32,000 nucleotides of DNA from Planococcus maitriensis. GTDB taxonomy: Bacteria; Bacillota; Bacilli; Bacillales_A; Planococcaceae. A program made the position numbers and the translations under genes. A model generated the notes under the pieces. That model ran no database searches. It saw nothing but the letters and a program-made list of their open reading frames with translations, and was not told where the DNA came from. Below are positions 16,134 through 25,541 of this stretch, in pieces (position 1 is the first letter of the stretch; each line of letters starts with the position of its first letter). The stretch spans positions 51,282 to 83,281 of the forward strand of contig NZ_QLZQ01000002.1 in the NCBI RefSeq assembly GCF_003289925.1. The letters run 5' to 3'.

Positions 16134-16282
16134 TAAAAAAACAGACCTTCCAAGAAGGTCTGTTAGCCCTCTCTTATCTGCCAAACGGAAAATCCGTTTG
16201 TTGGAAGTAGCACCTTGGCAAGTTGCCTTGCCGGTTGCCGGGCTTCATCGGGCCAATTCCCTCCGCCTCTCTGGATAAGATA
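16134..16282 (-). promoter_or_regulatory. SAM-I (S-box) riboswitch, distal copy, with its own intrinsic terminator
   Basis: Minus-strand sequence: TATCTTATCCAGAGAGGCGGAGGGAATTGGCCCGATGAAGCCCGGCAACCGGCAAGGCAACTTGCCAAGGTGCTACTTCCAACAAACGGATTTTCCGTTTGGCAGATAAGAG, giving an aptamer at about 16172-16282. The terminator ACAGACCTTC-TTG-GAAGGTCTGT plus TTTTTTT spans 16134-16163. Confidence 0.9.
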
Positions 16283-16325
16283 TGAACGTGTCGTTGACGA
16301 ATGTTTCAAATTCGCTATGTCGACC

Positions 16326-16354
16326 ATATTAAATCAAGATTTTCGGTCTGTCAA
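16326..16354 (-). promoter_or_regulatory. Sigma-A promoter driving the tandem-riboswitch leader (TTGACA-17-TAATAT)
   Basis: On the minus strand, TTGACA (16354-16349), a 17-nt spacer and TAATAT (16331-16326). The predicted TSS is about 35 nt upstream of the distal aptamer. Confidence 0.65.
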
Positions 16355-16521
16355 CGCCATTTTTCCAAAAAACTTGAAAAATTCCGATTTTTCTTATAGG
16401 GATTAAAAAATGGCCGTCCCCTTACCGCTTATCGCCCTGCCTCCTGCTTCTTCGTTCTTGCGCACCCTTCAGCTTGTTCAAGATATTTCCCCGAAATTAT
16501 TCCAAACTTTTTCTTCATTAT

Positions 16522-16530
16522 TGCTATAAT
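16522..16530 (+). promoter_or_regulatory. Extended -10 element (TGcTATAAT) for the AraC-family gene
   Basis: TG at 16522-16523 and TATAAT at 16525-16530, 32 nt upstream of the ATG at 16563. Confidence 0.4.
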
Positions 16531-16562
16531 GGAAAGACATCCTTACAGAAAAGAGTGCTGTT

Positions 16563-17330
16563 ATGCAGGAAGTCACAGTTTGTTCCATCGCATCGGGCGC
16601 AGCCGCTCCAGCCGCCCAAGCAATGCATCGCCATTCGCTGGCCACCGAGATCTGGTGGGTGAGCGAAGGCTTATTGGACATCGAAGCGGGAACGCAGCGC
16701 ATTGCGCTCCAGCCCGGCGAGTTGCTGTTATTGCCTACAGGCGTCTGGCATCGGCTATGTTCCGAGCCTTCTGTCCCGTGCAGCTGGCATCGAGCGGTCG
16801 TGGCGGTGCCAGACGTTGGTTGCGGGGAAGTTTTCCGGCTGCAACCGAAAAATCCACGCTATATCAGCTCGCTTTTCATGGAACTGGAGCGGCTGTATCC
16901 GGAAGATCCAGGGAAATCCGCTTTGATCGCCTCACTCTTGCTGAAAGAAGCCGATCAAGTGATGAGACATGTACCGGAAGCGCTCTTTATGGCGCCCCTG
17001 CAGCATGAGCTTGAAGAAACTTGCCATTTGCCGTTTTCATTGGAAGCTGCCGCTCAGTTCGCGGGCATGAGCAAATACCATTTCAGCCGGAAGTTCAAGG
17101 AAGCCTGCGGGCTATCGCCGCTTCAATTCGTTATCCATTGCCGGGTGGCGCGGGCGGAGAAACTGTTGAAAGAAACAAGCCAGCCGCTTTCTTCGATTGC
17201 CTCTGCTTGCGGCTACCATAGCGCGACCCAGTTCCACGCAGTGTTTACCCGGATTATCGGTGAAACGCCGATGCGCTACCGCAAGGCCCATCAAGCGCAC
17301 TTTGGAAACGGAGGGGTTACCATTGAATGA
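16563..17330 (+). CDS. AraC-family transcriptional regulator (N-terminal cupin, C-terminal HTH)
   Basis: Cupin-like LLLPTGVWHRL, and an AraC HTH region AAQFAGMSKYHFSRKFKEACGLSPLQFVIHCRVARAEKLL...ACGYHSATQFHAVFTRIIGETPMRYR. Confidence 0.85.
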   Translation: MQEVTVCSIASGAAAPAAQAMHRHSLATEIWWVSEGLLDIEAGTQRIALQPGELLLLPTGVWHRLCSEPSVPCSWHRAVVAVPDVGCGEVFRLQPKNPRYISSLFMELERLYPEDPGKSALIASLLLKEADQVMRHVPEALFMAPLQHELEETCHLPFSLEAAAQFAGMSKYHFSRKFKEACGLSPLQFVIHCRVARAEKLLKETSQPLSSIASACGYHSATQFHAVFTRIIGETPMRYRKAHQAHFGNGGVTIE

Positions 17331-17871
17331 CTGGACAACCGCTCTCGAATTCCTCATTTTATTGCTCGTGAATATCGCCATCGGGGCCGTCGGGTTCGTG
17401 CCGAGTGTATTCCTCACGCCCGTCAATCTCGACCGCTTCGGTCTGGCGGGGGGAAGCGTCTTGACGTTTTCCGGAGAGATTTTTGGGGCATTGGCCGGAT
17501 TTTGGCTTTACCGCTTCGGGGCTAATCGGATTCCCCTCAAGTTCCGGGAGCATCGCCTGTTCCGCTATTTTAGCTCCTTGACCAGCCGCAATGTCTTTTG
17601 GTCCGTGCTGCTCTGCCGGCTTTTGCCATTCATGCCTTCAGGTCTTATAACAGCCGCGGCAGCCATCACGAAAATTCGGGCGGGTTGGTTCTTTACAGCC
17701 AGCACATTCGGGAAATTGCCCGCAGTGGCTATTGAAATTGCTTTGGTCTTCGGCTTGACGCTATGGCTTTCGCGTCCGGCGCTGTACGGCTTATTGCTTG
17801 CGACGATTGCCGTATTCGCTATTTCGGCTTATTGGCGGAAACGGCGGCCGTTGGCTTTCCGGAAAACATAA
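17323..17871 (+). CDS. VTT-domain (DedA/TVP38-family) membrane protein
   Basis: The TTG start at 17323 is preceded by SD GGAGGGG 6 nt upstream and overlaps the AraC stop by 8 nt. VTT-type motif RLLPFMPSGLITAAAAITKIRAGWFFTASTFGKLP. The track ORF start at 17197 lies inside the AraC gene. Confidence 0.65.
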   Translation: MNDWTTALEFLILLLVNIAIGAVGFVPSVFLTPVNLDRFGLAGGSVLTFSGEIFGALAGFWLYRFGANRIPLKFREHRLFRYFSSLTSRNVFWSVLLCRLLPFMPSGLITAAAAITKIRAGWFFTASTFGKLPAVAIEIALVFGLTLWLSRPALYGLLLATIAVFAISAYWRKRRPLAFRKT

Positions 17872-17900
17872 AAAGGGCCTCTCCCGGGAGAGGCCCTTTT
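17871..17900. terminator. Bidirectional terminator between convergent genes
   Basis: AAAAGGGCCTCTCCCGGGAGAGGCCCTTTT is a perfect GC-rich stem flanked by an A-tract and a T-tract. Confidence 0.85.
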
Positions 17901-17905
17901 CTTCG

Positions 17906-19501
17906 TTAATTGACTTTTTTGCCACCGCCCCAATACATTTCACGCAATTGGAACTTCTGCAATTTACCGGTCGCCGTCTTCGGCAAGGCTTCCACGAAGT
18001 CGACCGATTTCGGTACTTTGAAGCGCGACATGTTCTCACGCGTATAATCAAGGATTTCCTGTTCGGTCACTTCTGCGCCTTTGTGCAAGACGATGATTGC
18101 TTTTGGCACTTCGCCCCATTTCTCGTCCGGAACCGCGATGACCGCAACTTCCGCGATCGCCGGGTGTTTATAGAGCACGCCTTCGATCTCGGTCGAGGAA
18201 ATGTTCTCGCCGCCGGAGATGATCATGTCCTTGATGCGGTCCTGGATTTCGATAAAGCCGTCCGGATGCGTCACCGCAAGGTCGCCTGTATAGAACCAGC
18301 CGTCGCGGATCGCTTCTGCGGTTTTTTCCGGGTCTTTGTAATAACCGGCCATGACGACGTTCCCGCGGGTGATAATTTCCCCCAGTTCCTTGCCGTTCCA
18401 GGCAACTTCTCTTCCATCGTCCTGGTTGACGACTTTCGTTTCGCCGTTGAAGGCCAGTTCGATGCCTTGGCGTGCCTTGATGCTCGCTTGGGCATCGGAA
18501 TCAAGATCGTTGAATTCGTTTTTCCATTCGCAGTACAGGATGAACGGAGACGTCTCGGTCAAGCCGTAGACGTGCATCATATTCAAGCCCAAAATTTCCT
18601 GGGCTTTGGCGATGAGTGCCGCAGCAGGCGGTGCGCCGGCTGTGCCCATTCGGATTTCCGTTTTCAAGTCGATCTCCTTCGCTTTCGGCTCGTTGACGAG
18701 CATATTGACGACCGTCGGCGCGCCGCATAGCGAGGTGATGCCATGGTTTTCGAACAAATCGAGGATGAGCGGCGGATCGACCTTGCGCAAGCACACGTGC
18801 GTCGCGCCAGCCGCTGTGATCGCCCACACCCCGCCCCAGCCGTTCGTATGGAACATCGGCAAGGTATGCAAATAGACATCATCGAACTTGATCTCCAAAT
18901 GATGCAGGAAGTTGGCGCCGTTCAGGTAATTCGTCCGGTGCGTCTGCATGACGCCTTTCGGATTGGAGGTCGTGCCGCTTGTGTAATTAAGCGACAGCAT
19001 CTGGTTTTCATCCAGTTCGACAGCAGGCAATTGCTCCCCTTCTGAAACACTGCCGATGAATTCCTCGTAATCGACGCCTTTAAGGTTCGTCTCATGGCCT
19101 TCTGCCGGCACGATGATGTATTTTTCGATCGGCAAGTCATCTTGGATATCCTCGATGATCTTGGCATACTCTGCATCGACAATCAGCATCTTCGCATCGC
19201 TATGTTTGATGATATAACCCAAGTCTTTGGCGGACAGCCGGTAATTGAGCGGTACGATGACCGCGCCGAGCGGCGTGATGCCGTAAAAGGCTTCAAGCAT
19301 ATAATGTGTATTCGGCAGCATCACTGCGACATGGTCTTTTTCGTTGATGCCTGCATTATGTAAGGCGATCCCCAACTGGTCGGAGCGGCGTGCAAACTCC
19401 TTGTACGTGAAACGCTTGTCCCCGTCGATGACGGCCACTTTCTCCGGGTAATACTTTACCGCGCGTCGTTTCCAGTCCAGCGGTGTCAATGGTACGATCA
19501 T
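17906..19501 (-). CDS. Acyl-CoA synthetase / fatty-acid-CoA ligase (AMP-binding family)
   Basis: 531 aa with YTSGTTSNPKGV, YGLTETS, YTGDL, ISGGENISSTEIE and PKTATGKLQKFQLR. SD GAGAGGGG lies 8 nt upstream. Confidence 0.85.
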   Translation of the reverse strand: MIVPLTPLDWKRRAVKYYPEKVAVIDGDKRFTYKEFARRSDQLGIALHNAGINEKDHVAVMLPNTHYMLEAFYGITPLGAVIVPLNYRLSAKDLGYIIKHSDAKMLIVDAEYAKIIEDIQDDLPIEKYIIVPAEGHETNLKGVDYEEFIGSVSEGEQLPAVELDENQMLSLNYTSGTTSNPKGVMQTHRTNYLNGANFLHHLEIKFDDVYLHTLPMFHTNGWGGVWAITAAGATHVCLRKVDPPLILDLFENHGITSLCGAPTVVNMLVNEPKAKEIDLKTEIRMGTAGAPPAAALIAKAQEILGLNMMHVYGLTETSPFILYCEWKNEFNDLDSDAQASIKARQGIELAFNGETKVVNQDDGREVAWNGKELGEIITRGNVVMAGYYKDPEKTAEAIRDGWFYTGDLAVTHPDGFIEIQDRIKDMIISGGENISSTEIEGVLYKHPAIAEVAVIAVPDEKWGEVPKAIIVLHKGAEVTEQEILDYTRENMSRFKVPKSVDFVEALPKTATGKLQKFQLREMYWGGGKKVN

Positions 19502-19547
19502 TTCAAAAACCCCTCTCGTGTCTCTTGTGTTCAGCTGTTATATATCA

Positions 19548-19576
19548 AGTATAGAAAGGCGAATACGGGCTGTCAA
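19548..19576 (-). promoter_or_regulatory. Sigma-A promoter for the acyl-CoA ligase (TTGACA-17-TATACT)
   Basis: On the minus strand, TTGACA (19576-19571), a 17-nt spacer and TATACT (19553-19548). Confidence 0.6.
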
Positions 19577-19715
19577 CGGAAGTTTCGGAATTGGCGGAAA
19601 AATGAAACAATGGAGTTTTTGTGTTATAGCACAATTCATCCCGGCCAAGCCACGAACTGCTTCTTTTATTTTCGCTAAATGATGCGACTTGGAATGAAGG
19701 CATTGAAGTGGCCAA

Positions 19716-20270
19716 TTAGTCCCTGGACACCGCGTATTCGCTTTTTAGAATCGCCAAATAATCGACATCTTCGAAGGCTCCATCCATGAAAAATTCCTGT
19801 TTGAAACGGCCTTCGAATACCATGCCCGCCTTCTCCAGCACACGCCGGGATGCGGGGTTGCGTACGAGGCAGCGGCCGAACAACCGATTCAAGCCGTGTT
19901 CGGCGAAAGCTATGTCGATCACTTTGCGGCACGCTTCCGTGGCATAGCCCTGTCCCCATTCTCCGGGATCGATGAAATAGCCGATCTCGCCTGAACGGTG
20001 GGCCTTTGATAGGCTCACCAATCCGCAATTGCCGATATAGCGAGCAGGCTGTTCCTTCGTGAAGACGGCATATTCGAAAGCATGCCCGACCTCAAAGCTT
20101 TTCTGTACATAATCCAGCCAGCCCTCGAGTTGTTTTCTCGGATACGGGTGCGGAATCATTAGCATCGTGTCTGCAATTTCCTGTTTTCGGACCACTTCAT
20201 AAACCCCGTCTGCCATATTCATTCGGTATGGCTTCAACCATAGCCGTTCAGTTTCCGCTATTGTGGGCAT
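19716..20270 (-). CDS. GNAT-family N-acetyltransferase (RimJ/RimL-like)
   Basis: 184 aa. GEIGYFIDPGEWGQGYATEACRKVIDIAF carries the acetyl-CoA-binding Q/RxxGxG/A motif, and NPASRRVLEKAGMVFEG is also present. SD AGGAGGTG upstream. Confidence 0.8.
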   Translation of the reverse strand: MPTIAETERLWLKPYRMNMADGVYEVVRKQEIADTMLMIPHPYPRKQLEGWLDYVQKSFEVGHAFEYAVFTKEQPARYIGNCGLVSLSKAHRSGEIGYFIDPGEWGQGYATEACRKVIDIAFAEHGLNRLFGRCLVRNPASRRVLEKAGMVFEGRFKQEFFMDGAFEDVDYLAILKSEYAVSRD

Positions 20271-20444
20271 TCATGGGTCACCTCCTGTTTGATGTCAAGA
20301 ATATCCCGACCAGACACGTAAAAAGATTTGGCTATAGCGCTGGCCGGTTATTCTAAATGGCGTCCGGCCGCCGGAAAGCATGCGATTATTCATTTATTCA
20401 CCTAACCATTCCACTGAAAAAAATAAATGAATAGGCGTGTTTAG

Positions 20445-20480
20445 AAAAAAGGCGTCGAATGAATGAATCATTCGACGCCT
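20445..20480 (-). terminator. Rho-independent terminator after parC
   Basis: The stem GGCGTCGAATGA...TCATTCGACGCC spans 20451-20480 and is followed on the minus strand by TTTTTT (20450-20445). Confidence 0.8.
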
Positions 20481-20487
20481 TTTAAGG

Positions 20488-22914
20488 TTATTCGGTCGCG
20501 GGCATTAGGTAAGCTGCCGTGACGGCGCCGTCTGTCGCTTCGTCCACGATAAACGAACCGTTGGAATAGCGGTCAACCGCTTTCAGGCGGCCTGGCGCAA
20601 TCGGGATGCGCAGGCCTTTCGCCGTTTCGAGCAGGATCTCCTCTTTGCCGGTCGTGCCGATGACGGCCACGACGCGGTGGGGATTGGATTTCAATTCCCG
20701 CAGCATGATGACGCCGCGTTTGGCACGGCTGCCGCTTTCGAATTCCGTCAGTTTCATCTTTTTGGCAGCCCCGCGCTGCGTCGCGAGCACGAGATCTGGC
20801 TGCTGGTTCGGGTCGATCATGACCGCAGACACCGCTTCGTCGCCTTCTTTTAAGTTCAAGCCTTTGACGCCCGCAGTGCGAAGCCCTGTCACCGGCACTT
20901 CGTCGAGCGGGAAGCGAACGCCATATGCCATTTTCGTGGCCAGGAACAATTCGGTTTCACCCGTCGCGAGCCCCGCGAAGATCATGTTATCGCCTTTTTT
21001 CAGGTTCATCGTCTTGATGGCGCGTGAATAGCGCTGCACCTGGTAGTCTTTCAGCGCGGATCGCTTCACTTGGCCGAATTTCGATACAGTGACGATCGAC
21101 GCTTCTTGTTCGAAATCTTCGAATGGGAACACCGCAAGCACCGATTCGTTGGAATCGAGCGTGACGATGCTCGACAAATGCTGGCCGAGGTCTTTCCATT
21201 TGATGTCCGGCAGTTCATTGACGGGCTGGAACACGAAATTCCCGCCGGTCGTGAAGATCAACACGGTATGCTGCGTATTGAGTGTGCCTTCGAACAACAG
21301 GTGGTCGCTGTCTTTCATGGCAAAATCCTTGCCGTTCGAAGCCGCATGGGAGCGGGTGCTCGTCCGTTTGACATAGCCTTCTTTGGTGACGGTGACAATC
21401 ACTTCTTCACTTGGGATCATGATTTCACGCGTAATGGTCAGCTCTTCGATCTTTTCTTCGATTTCAGAACGCCGTGGTTCCGCGAATTTCTTGCGGATCG
21501 CCTGCAATTCCTTCTTGATGACGTTTTTCAATTTCGTCGCGCTCGTCAAGATGCCGGTCAGCTCGGCAATTAATTTGCGCAAGCTTTCCTCTTCTTTCTT
21601 GAGTTCGGTGATATCGGTATTCGTCAGCCGGTAGAGCTGTAAGGAGACAATCGCTTCTGCCTGCGCTTCCGAAAACTCGAATTTCGCGATCAAATTGTTT
21701 TTCGCGTCGCGTTTGTCTTTTGAAGCGCGGATGGTCTTGATCACTTTATCGAGAATTGACAGGGCTTTAATCAAGCCTTCGACGATGTGCATGCGGTCGC
21801 TTGCTTTTTGCAAGTCGAATTCCGAGCGTTTCGTCACGACTTCTTTTTGGTGCTCAATATAGGCATCAAGCATCGTCGGCAAGGTCATCATCGTCGGGCG
21901 GCGGTGATGGATTGCCACCATATTGAAGTTATAGCTGATTTGCAGGTCGGTATTTTTATACAAATAGTTCAAGATGCCGGCCGCCTGCACTTCTTTTTTC
22001 AACTCGATGACAATGCGGAGGCCCGTGCGGTCGGATTCATCGCGCACTTCAGAAATGCCGTCGAGTTTGCGGTCGAAGCGGTGATCATCGATTTTCTTGA
22101 TGAGGCTCGCTTTGTTCACTTCGAACGGGATTTCCGTAATGACGATCTGTTCCTTGCCGCCTTTTAACGGTTCAATGGCCGCTTTCGAACGGATGACGAT
22201 TTTACCGCGTCCCGTTTCGTACGCCTTTTTGATGCCTTCGACACCTTGGATGATGCCGCCGGTCGGGAAATCGGGTCCTTTAATGACGGTCATCAATTCA
22301 TCGATTGTCGCATCTGGCTTGTCGATGCGCATGAGGACCGCATCGAGTGCTTCATGCAGCGCATGCGGCGGGATGTCGGTCGCATACCCAGCGGAAATCC
22401 CCGTCGATCCGTTGACGAGCAGGTTCGGGAAACGCGCCGGGAGGACGGTGGGTTCGACGTCTACGTCGTCGAAATTCGGAATGAATTCAACGGTGCGTTT
22501 TTCGATGTCTCTTAACAGTTCACCGGAAATCGCGGATAGCCGGGCTTCCGTATAACGCATCGCGGCCGGGGAATCCCCGTCCATCGAGCCGTTATTGCCG
22601 TGCATTTCCACGAGCATGTGGCGGATTTTCCAGTCCTGGCTGAGCCGCACCATCGCTTCGTAAACGGAGCTATCGCCGTGCGGGTGATAGTTCCCGATCA
22701 CGTTCCCGACCGTTTTGGCGGATTTCCGGAACGCTTTGTCGTTAGTATTGCCTTCGTGGTGCATGGCATAAAGAATGCGGCGCTGTACCGGCTTGAGCCC
22801 ATCGCGGGCATCCGGCAGCGCACGGTCCTGGATGATGTATTTACTGTAGCGGCCAAACCGATCGCCGATGACTTCTTCTAAGGGCAGATCTTGGAAACGT
22901 TCGGTTTGTGTCAT
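20488..22914 (-). CDS. parC: DNA topoisomerase IV subunit A
   Basis: 808 aa with [18 protein letters not shown] and the active-site region [10 protein letters not shown]. The ATGA overlap with the upstream parE, and the yneT-plsY neighbourhood as in B. subtilis, support ParC rather than GyrA. Confidence 0.9.
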   Translation of the reverse strand: MTQTERFQDLPLEEVIGDRFGRYSKYIIQDRALPDARDGLKPVQRRILYAMHHEGNTNDKAFRKSAKTVGNVIGNYHPHGDSSVYEAMVRLSQDWKIRHMLVEMHGNNGSMDGDSPAAMRYTEARLSAISGELLRDIEKRTVEFIPNFDDVDVEPTVLPARFPNLLVNGSTGISAGYATDIPPHALHEALDAVLMRIDKPDATIDELMTVIKGPDFPTGGIIQGVEGIKKAYETGRGKIVIRSKAAIEPLKGGKEQIVITEIPFEVNKASLIKKIDDHRFDRKLDGISEVRDESDRTGLRIVIELKKEVQAAGILNYLYKNTDLQISYNFNMVAIHHRRPTMMTLPTMLDAYIEHQKEVVTKRSEFDLQKASDRMHIVEGLIKALSILDKVIKTIRASKDKRDAKNNLIAKFEFSEAQAEAIVSLQLYRLTNTDITELKKEEESLRKLIAELTGILTSATKLKNVIKKELQAIRKKFAEPRRSEIEEKIEELTITREIMIPSEEVIVTVTKEGYVKRTSTRSHAASNGKDFAMKDSDHLLFEGTLNTQHTVLIFTTGGNFVFQPVNELPDIKWKDLGQHLSSIVTLDSNESVLAVFPFEDFEQEASIVTVSKFGQVKRSALKDYQVQRYSRAIKTMNLKKGDNMIFAGLATGETELFLATKMAYGVRFPLDEVPVTGLRTAGVKGLNLKEGDEAVSAVMIDPNQQPDLVLATQRGAAKKMKLTEFESGSRAKRGVIMLRELKSNPHRVVAVIGTTGKEEILLETAKGLRIPIAPGRLKAVDRYSNGSFIVDEATDGAVTAAYLMPATE

Positions 22915-24881
22915 ACGAGTTCCTCCTCAGCGTGAATCAAATCATTTTCTAGAATGTTGCTGTCGTCTTCAAGTCCGAAGTCGACATTGCTTTCGATCCA
23001 TTTGCGGCGCGGTTCGACTTTGTCGCCCATCAATGTCGTGATGCGGCGTTCGGCGCGCGCCCCGTCTTCGATCGTGACGCGGATCAAGGTGCGCGATTCC
23101 GGGTTCATCGTCGTTTCCCACAATTGGTCGGCGTTCATTTCCCCGAGGCCTTTATAGCGCTGGAGCATGTAGCCTTTGCCGATTTTCTTGATCGACTCGT
23201 CGAGATCCGCTTCGGTCCAGGCGTAATCGACGACTTCCTTTTTGCCGACGCCTTTGGACACTTTATAGAGCGGAGGCAAGGCGATGAACACTTTGCCCGC
23301 TTCGATGAGCGGCTTCATGTAACGGTAGAAGAACGTCAACAGCAGCACTTGGATATGCGCACCGTCAGTATCGGCATCGGTCATGATGATGACTTTGTTG
23401 TAGGCGATGTCGTCCACGGAGAAGTCGGAAGATACGCCGCCGCCGATCGCATGGATGATGGTGGCGATTTCTTCATTTTTCATTATTTCTTCCAGTTTCG
23501 CTTTTTCGGTATTGACGACTTTCCCGCGCAGCGGCAAGATCGCCTGGAATGTCCGGTCGCGGCCTTGTTTAGCCGAACCGCCGGCCGAGTCGCCCTCGAC
23601 TAGGTACAATTCGTTCTTTTTGGCGTTGCGCGACTGCGCTGGCGTCAATTTTCCGGACAATAAGGTATCGGATTTCTTGCGTTTCTTGCCATTTCGGGCA
23701 TCTTCCCGCGCTTTTCGTGCGGCGAGACGCGCCTGAGACGCCCGTATTGCTTTGCGGACGAGTGATGCACTGTGTTCTGCGTTCTCCTCGAGGAAGTACA
23801 TCAATTGCTGGGAAATGACCGCATCAACGGCACCGCGGGCTTCGCTTGTGCCGAGTTTGCTTTTCGTCTGGCCTTCAAATTGCAGCAAAGCTTCCGGGAT
23901 GCGTACCGAGACGATGGCCGCCAAGCCTTCGCGGATGTCGGAGCCCTCTAGGTTTTTGTCTTTATCTTTCAATAAATTGATTTTGCGTGCGTAATCGTTG
24001 AATACGCGGGTCATGGCCGCTTTCGCGCCGGTTTCGTGCGTCCCGCCGTCGCGTGTGCGGACGTTGTTGACGAACGACAGGATCGTTTCGGAATAGCCGT
24101 CGTTGAACTGGAACGCGAATTCGACTTCGAGGCTGTCACTCTGCCCTTCCATATACGCCACTTTGTGGAGCACGTCTTTTTCTTCGTTCAAGTATTCGAC
24201 GAAGGCTTTGATACCGGTTTCATAAAAGAAGCTCTCACCGGTTTGGCTGCGCTCATCGATCAACTCGATGTTCATGCCTTTCATGAGGAACGCGGATTCA
24301 CGCAAGCGTTCGCTCAGCGTGTCGTAATTGTATTTGGATACGCTGAAGATGCTTTCATCGGGCAGGAAGTGAATCAAGGTGCCTGATTCTTTCGTTTTGC
24401 CGATCTCTTCCAAAGTCGTGACGGGTTTGCCGCCATTTTCAAAACGCTGGCGGTATTTGCGCCCGTCGCGGTGTATCGTCACTTCCAAAAAACTCGACAA
24501 GGCATTGACGACAGATGCGCCGACGCCGTGAAGCCCGCCGCTCGTCTTGTAGCCGCCCTGGCCGAATTTCCCGCCGGCGTGGAGCACTGTCAAAATGACT
24601 TCCGGTGTCGGTTTGCCGCTTCTGTGCATTCCGGTCGGCATGCCGCGGCCATAATCGCGCACGCTGATGCTGTTGTCTTCGTGAATGGTCACCGTTATGC
24701 GGTCGCCATATCCGGCAAGCGCTTCATCGACGGAATTATCGACGATCTCATAGACCAAGTGGTGAAGCCCGCGGGCATCGGTCGAACCGATATACATCCC
24801 TGGGCGTTTGCGTACCGCATCCAGCCCTTCTAGAACTTGGATCGCTTCTTCGTTATATGCATTGCTGTTCGTTTTAGCCAT
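22911..24881 (-). CDS. parE: DNA topoisomerase IV subunit B
   Basis: 656 aa. GHKL ATPase motifs [10 protein letters not shown] and [13 protein letters not shown], plus TOPRIM motifs [16 protein letters not shown] and [20 protein letters not shown] upstream. Confidence 0.9.
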   Translation of the reverse strand: MAKTNSNAYNEEAIQVLEGLDAVRKRPGMYIGSTDARGLHHLVYEIVDNSVDEALAGYGDRITVTIHEDNSISVRDYGRGMPTGMHRSGKPTPEVILTVLHAGGKFGQGGYKTSGGLHGVGASVVNALSSFLEVTIHRDGRKYRQRFENGGKPVTTLEEIGKTKESGTLIHFLPDESIFSVSKYNYDTLSERLRESAFLMKGMNIELIDERSQTGESFFYETGIKAFVEYLNEEKDVLHKVAYMEGQSDSLEVEFAFQFNDGYSETILSFVNNVRTRDGGTHETGAKAAMTRVFNDYARKINLLKDKDKNLEGSDIREGLAAIVSVRIPEALLQFEGQTKSKLGTSEARGAVDAVISQQLMYFLEENAEHSASLVRKAIRASQARLAARKAREDARNGKKRKKSDTLLSGKLTPAQSRNAKKNELYLVEGDSAGGSAKQGRDRTFQAILPLRGKVVNTEKAKLEEIMKNEEIATIIHAIGGGVSSDFSVDDIAYNKVIIMTDADTDGAHIQVLLLTFFYRYMKPLIEAGKVFIALPPLYKVSKGVGKKEVVDYAWTEADLDESIKKIGKGYMLQRYKGLGEMNADQLWETTMNPESRTLIRVTIEDGARAERRITTLMGDKVEPRRKWIESNVDFGLEDDSNILENDLIHAEEELV

Positions 24882-24895
24882 CTATTTCCCTCCAA

Positions 24896-24909
24896 CAAAC
24901 ATTTGTTCG
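24896..24909 (-). promoter_or_regulatory. Candidate LexA (Cheo/SOS) box in the parE leader
   Basis: The minus strand reads CGAACAAATGTTTG, against the Bacillus consensus CGAAC-N4-GTTCG (one mismatch). It lies 15-28 nt upstream of the parE ATG, downstream of the candidate promoter TTGACA...TACGAT. Confidence 0.5.
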
Positions 24910-24998
24910 TATACTCTCTTCTTTTAATCGTATGCCATTCCGGGCGTTCCTGTCAATGTTCATAGAAAAAGAGCGCTAGGCGCCCTTCGTGAAAGCTG

Positions 24999-25409
24999 CT
25001 ATTTCAGGATGGCATGTTCGACTTTGATGCAACGGTCCATGATGACCGTGTACCCGGCGCCGTGGAGGCGGTTAAACACCACTTCATCCACGACGTTTAG
25101 CTGCGTCCAGAACACCGGGGCATCGATCTTCAGGAAATCTTCCGCAATGCTCGGTAAAAATTCGCTGCGGCGGAACACATTGACGATGTCGACCGGCTCC
25201 GGAATATCCGTGAGCGTCGCGTAGCTTTTCTCCCCCAGCACTTCATCCGCCATCGGATTGACCGGGATGATGCGGTAGCCTGCGTCTTTCATGGCTTTGG
25301 ATACCATATAGGAAGTTCTCATCGGATTCGGGCTCAGGCCAACTACGGCAATGGTCTTGGCATTGTCGAGCACTTCTTTGATTTCTTTGCGGTCTGGGTT
25401 TTTCAACAA
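24999..25409 (-). CDS. yneT: CoA-binding domain protein (YneT-like)
   Basis: IAVVGLSPNPMRTSYMVSKAMKDAGYRIIPVNP...VDIVNVFRR...DRCIKVEH. The start is uncertain. The longest ORF (ATG at 25496) has no SD. A TTG at 25409 follows AAAGGA by 9 nt and gives the roughly 136-aa length I recall as typical of this family. Confidence 0.7.
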   Translation of the reverse strand: MLKNPDRKEIKEVLDNAKTIAVVGLSPNPMRTSYMVSKAMKDAGYRIIPVNPMADEVLGEKSYATLTDIPEPVDIVNVFRRSEFLPSIAEDFLKIDAPVFWTQLNVVDEVVFNRLHGAGYTVIMDRCIKVEHAILK

Positions 25410-25541
25410 AATCACCTGTCCTTTTAGTCTATCATACATGAAACCGGGGTGTTTGTTGAATAATCCGCCATCTATTGTTTCTGTGTCTTCGGTCATGGTA
25501 AACTGTAGAAAAGAAAACAGTGTACGTCAAAGGAGTCAATC

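Noticed and set aside
16008-16278. A roughly 75-nt direct repeat with about 195-nt period, considered as a CRISPR-like or mobile-element repeat
   Set aside because: There are only two copies. They are the conserved cores of two S-box aptamers, and there is no spacer-repeat regularity or transposase.
15875-16406. Three short plus-strand ORFs (75, 78 and 63 aa) in the acsA-like leader
   Set aside because: The region is fully explained by the two minus-strand SAM-I riboswitches and their promoter. The ORFs lack an SD.
17197-17322. Upstream part of the 224-aa ORF encoding the DedA/VTT protein
   Set aside because: It lies inside the AraC coding sequence in another frame. The TTG at 17323 with SD GGAGGGG is the likely start.
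17798-18730. 310-aa plus-strand ORF
   Set aside because: It is entirely antisense to the well-supported acyl-CoA ligase (17906-19501). The product has biased R/F/D/H-rich composition with no recognisable motif and no SD, as expected for a shadow ORF.
20451-20480. TGAATGAATCATTCG palindrome resembling a fatty-acid regulator (FadR/YsiA-type) box
   Set aside because: It forms the GC-clamped stem of the parC terminator and is followed by a U-tract. Half-site spacing does not fit the box as I recall it.
25410-25496. N-terminal extension of the yneT-like ORF (ATG at 25496)
   Set aside because: There is no SD before 25496 or before the internal ATG. As far as I recall, homologs of this CoA-binding family are about 135-140 aa, which fits the TTG at 25409. 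This is not fully excluded, so the start remains uncertain.
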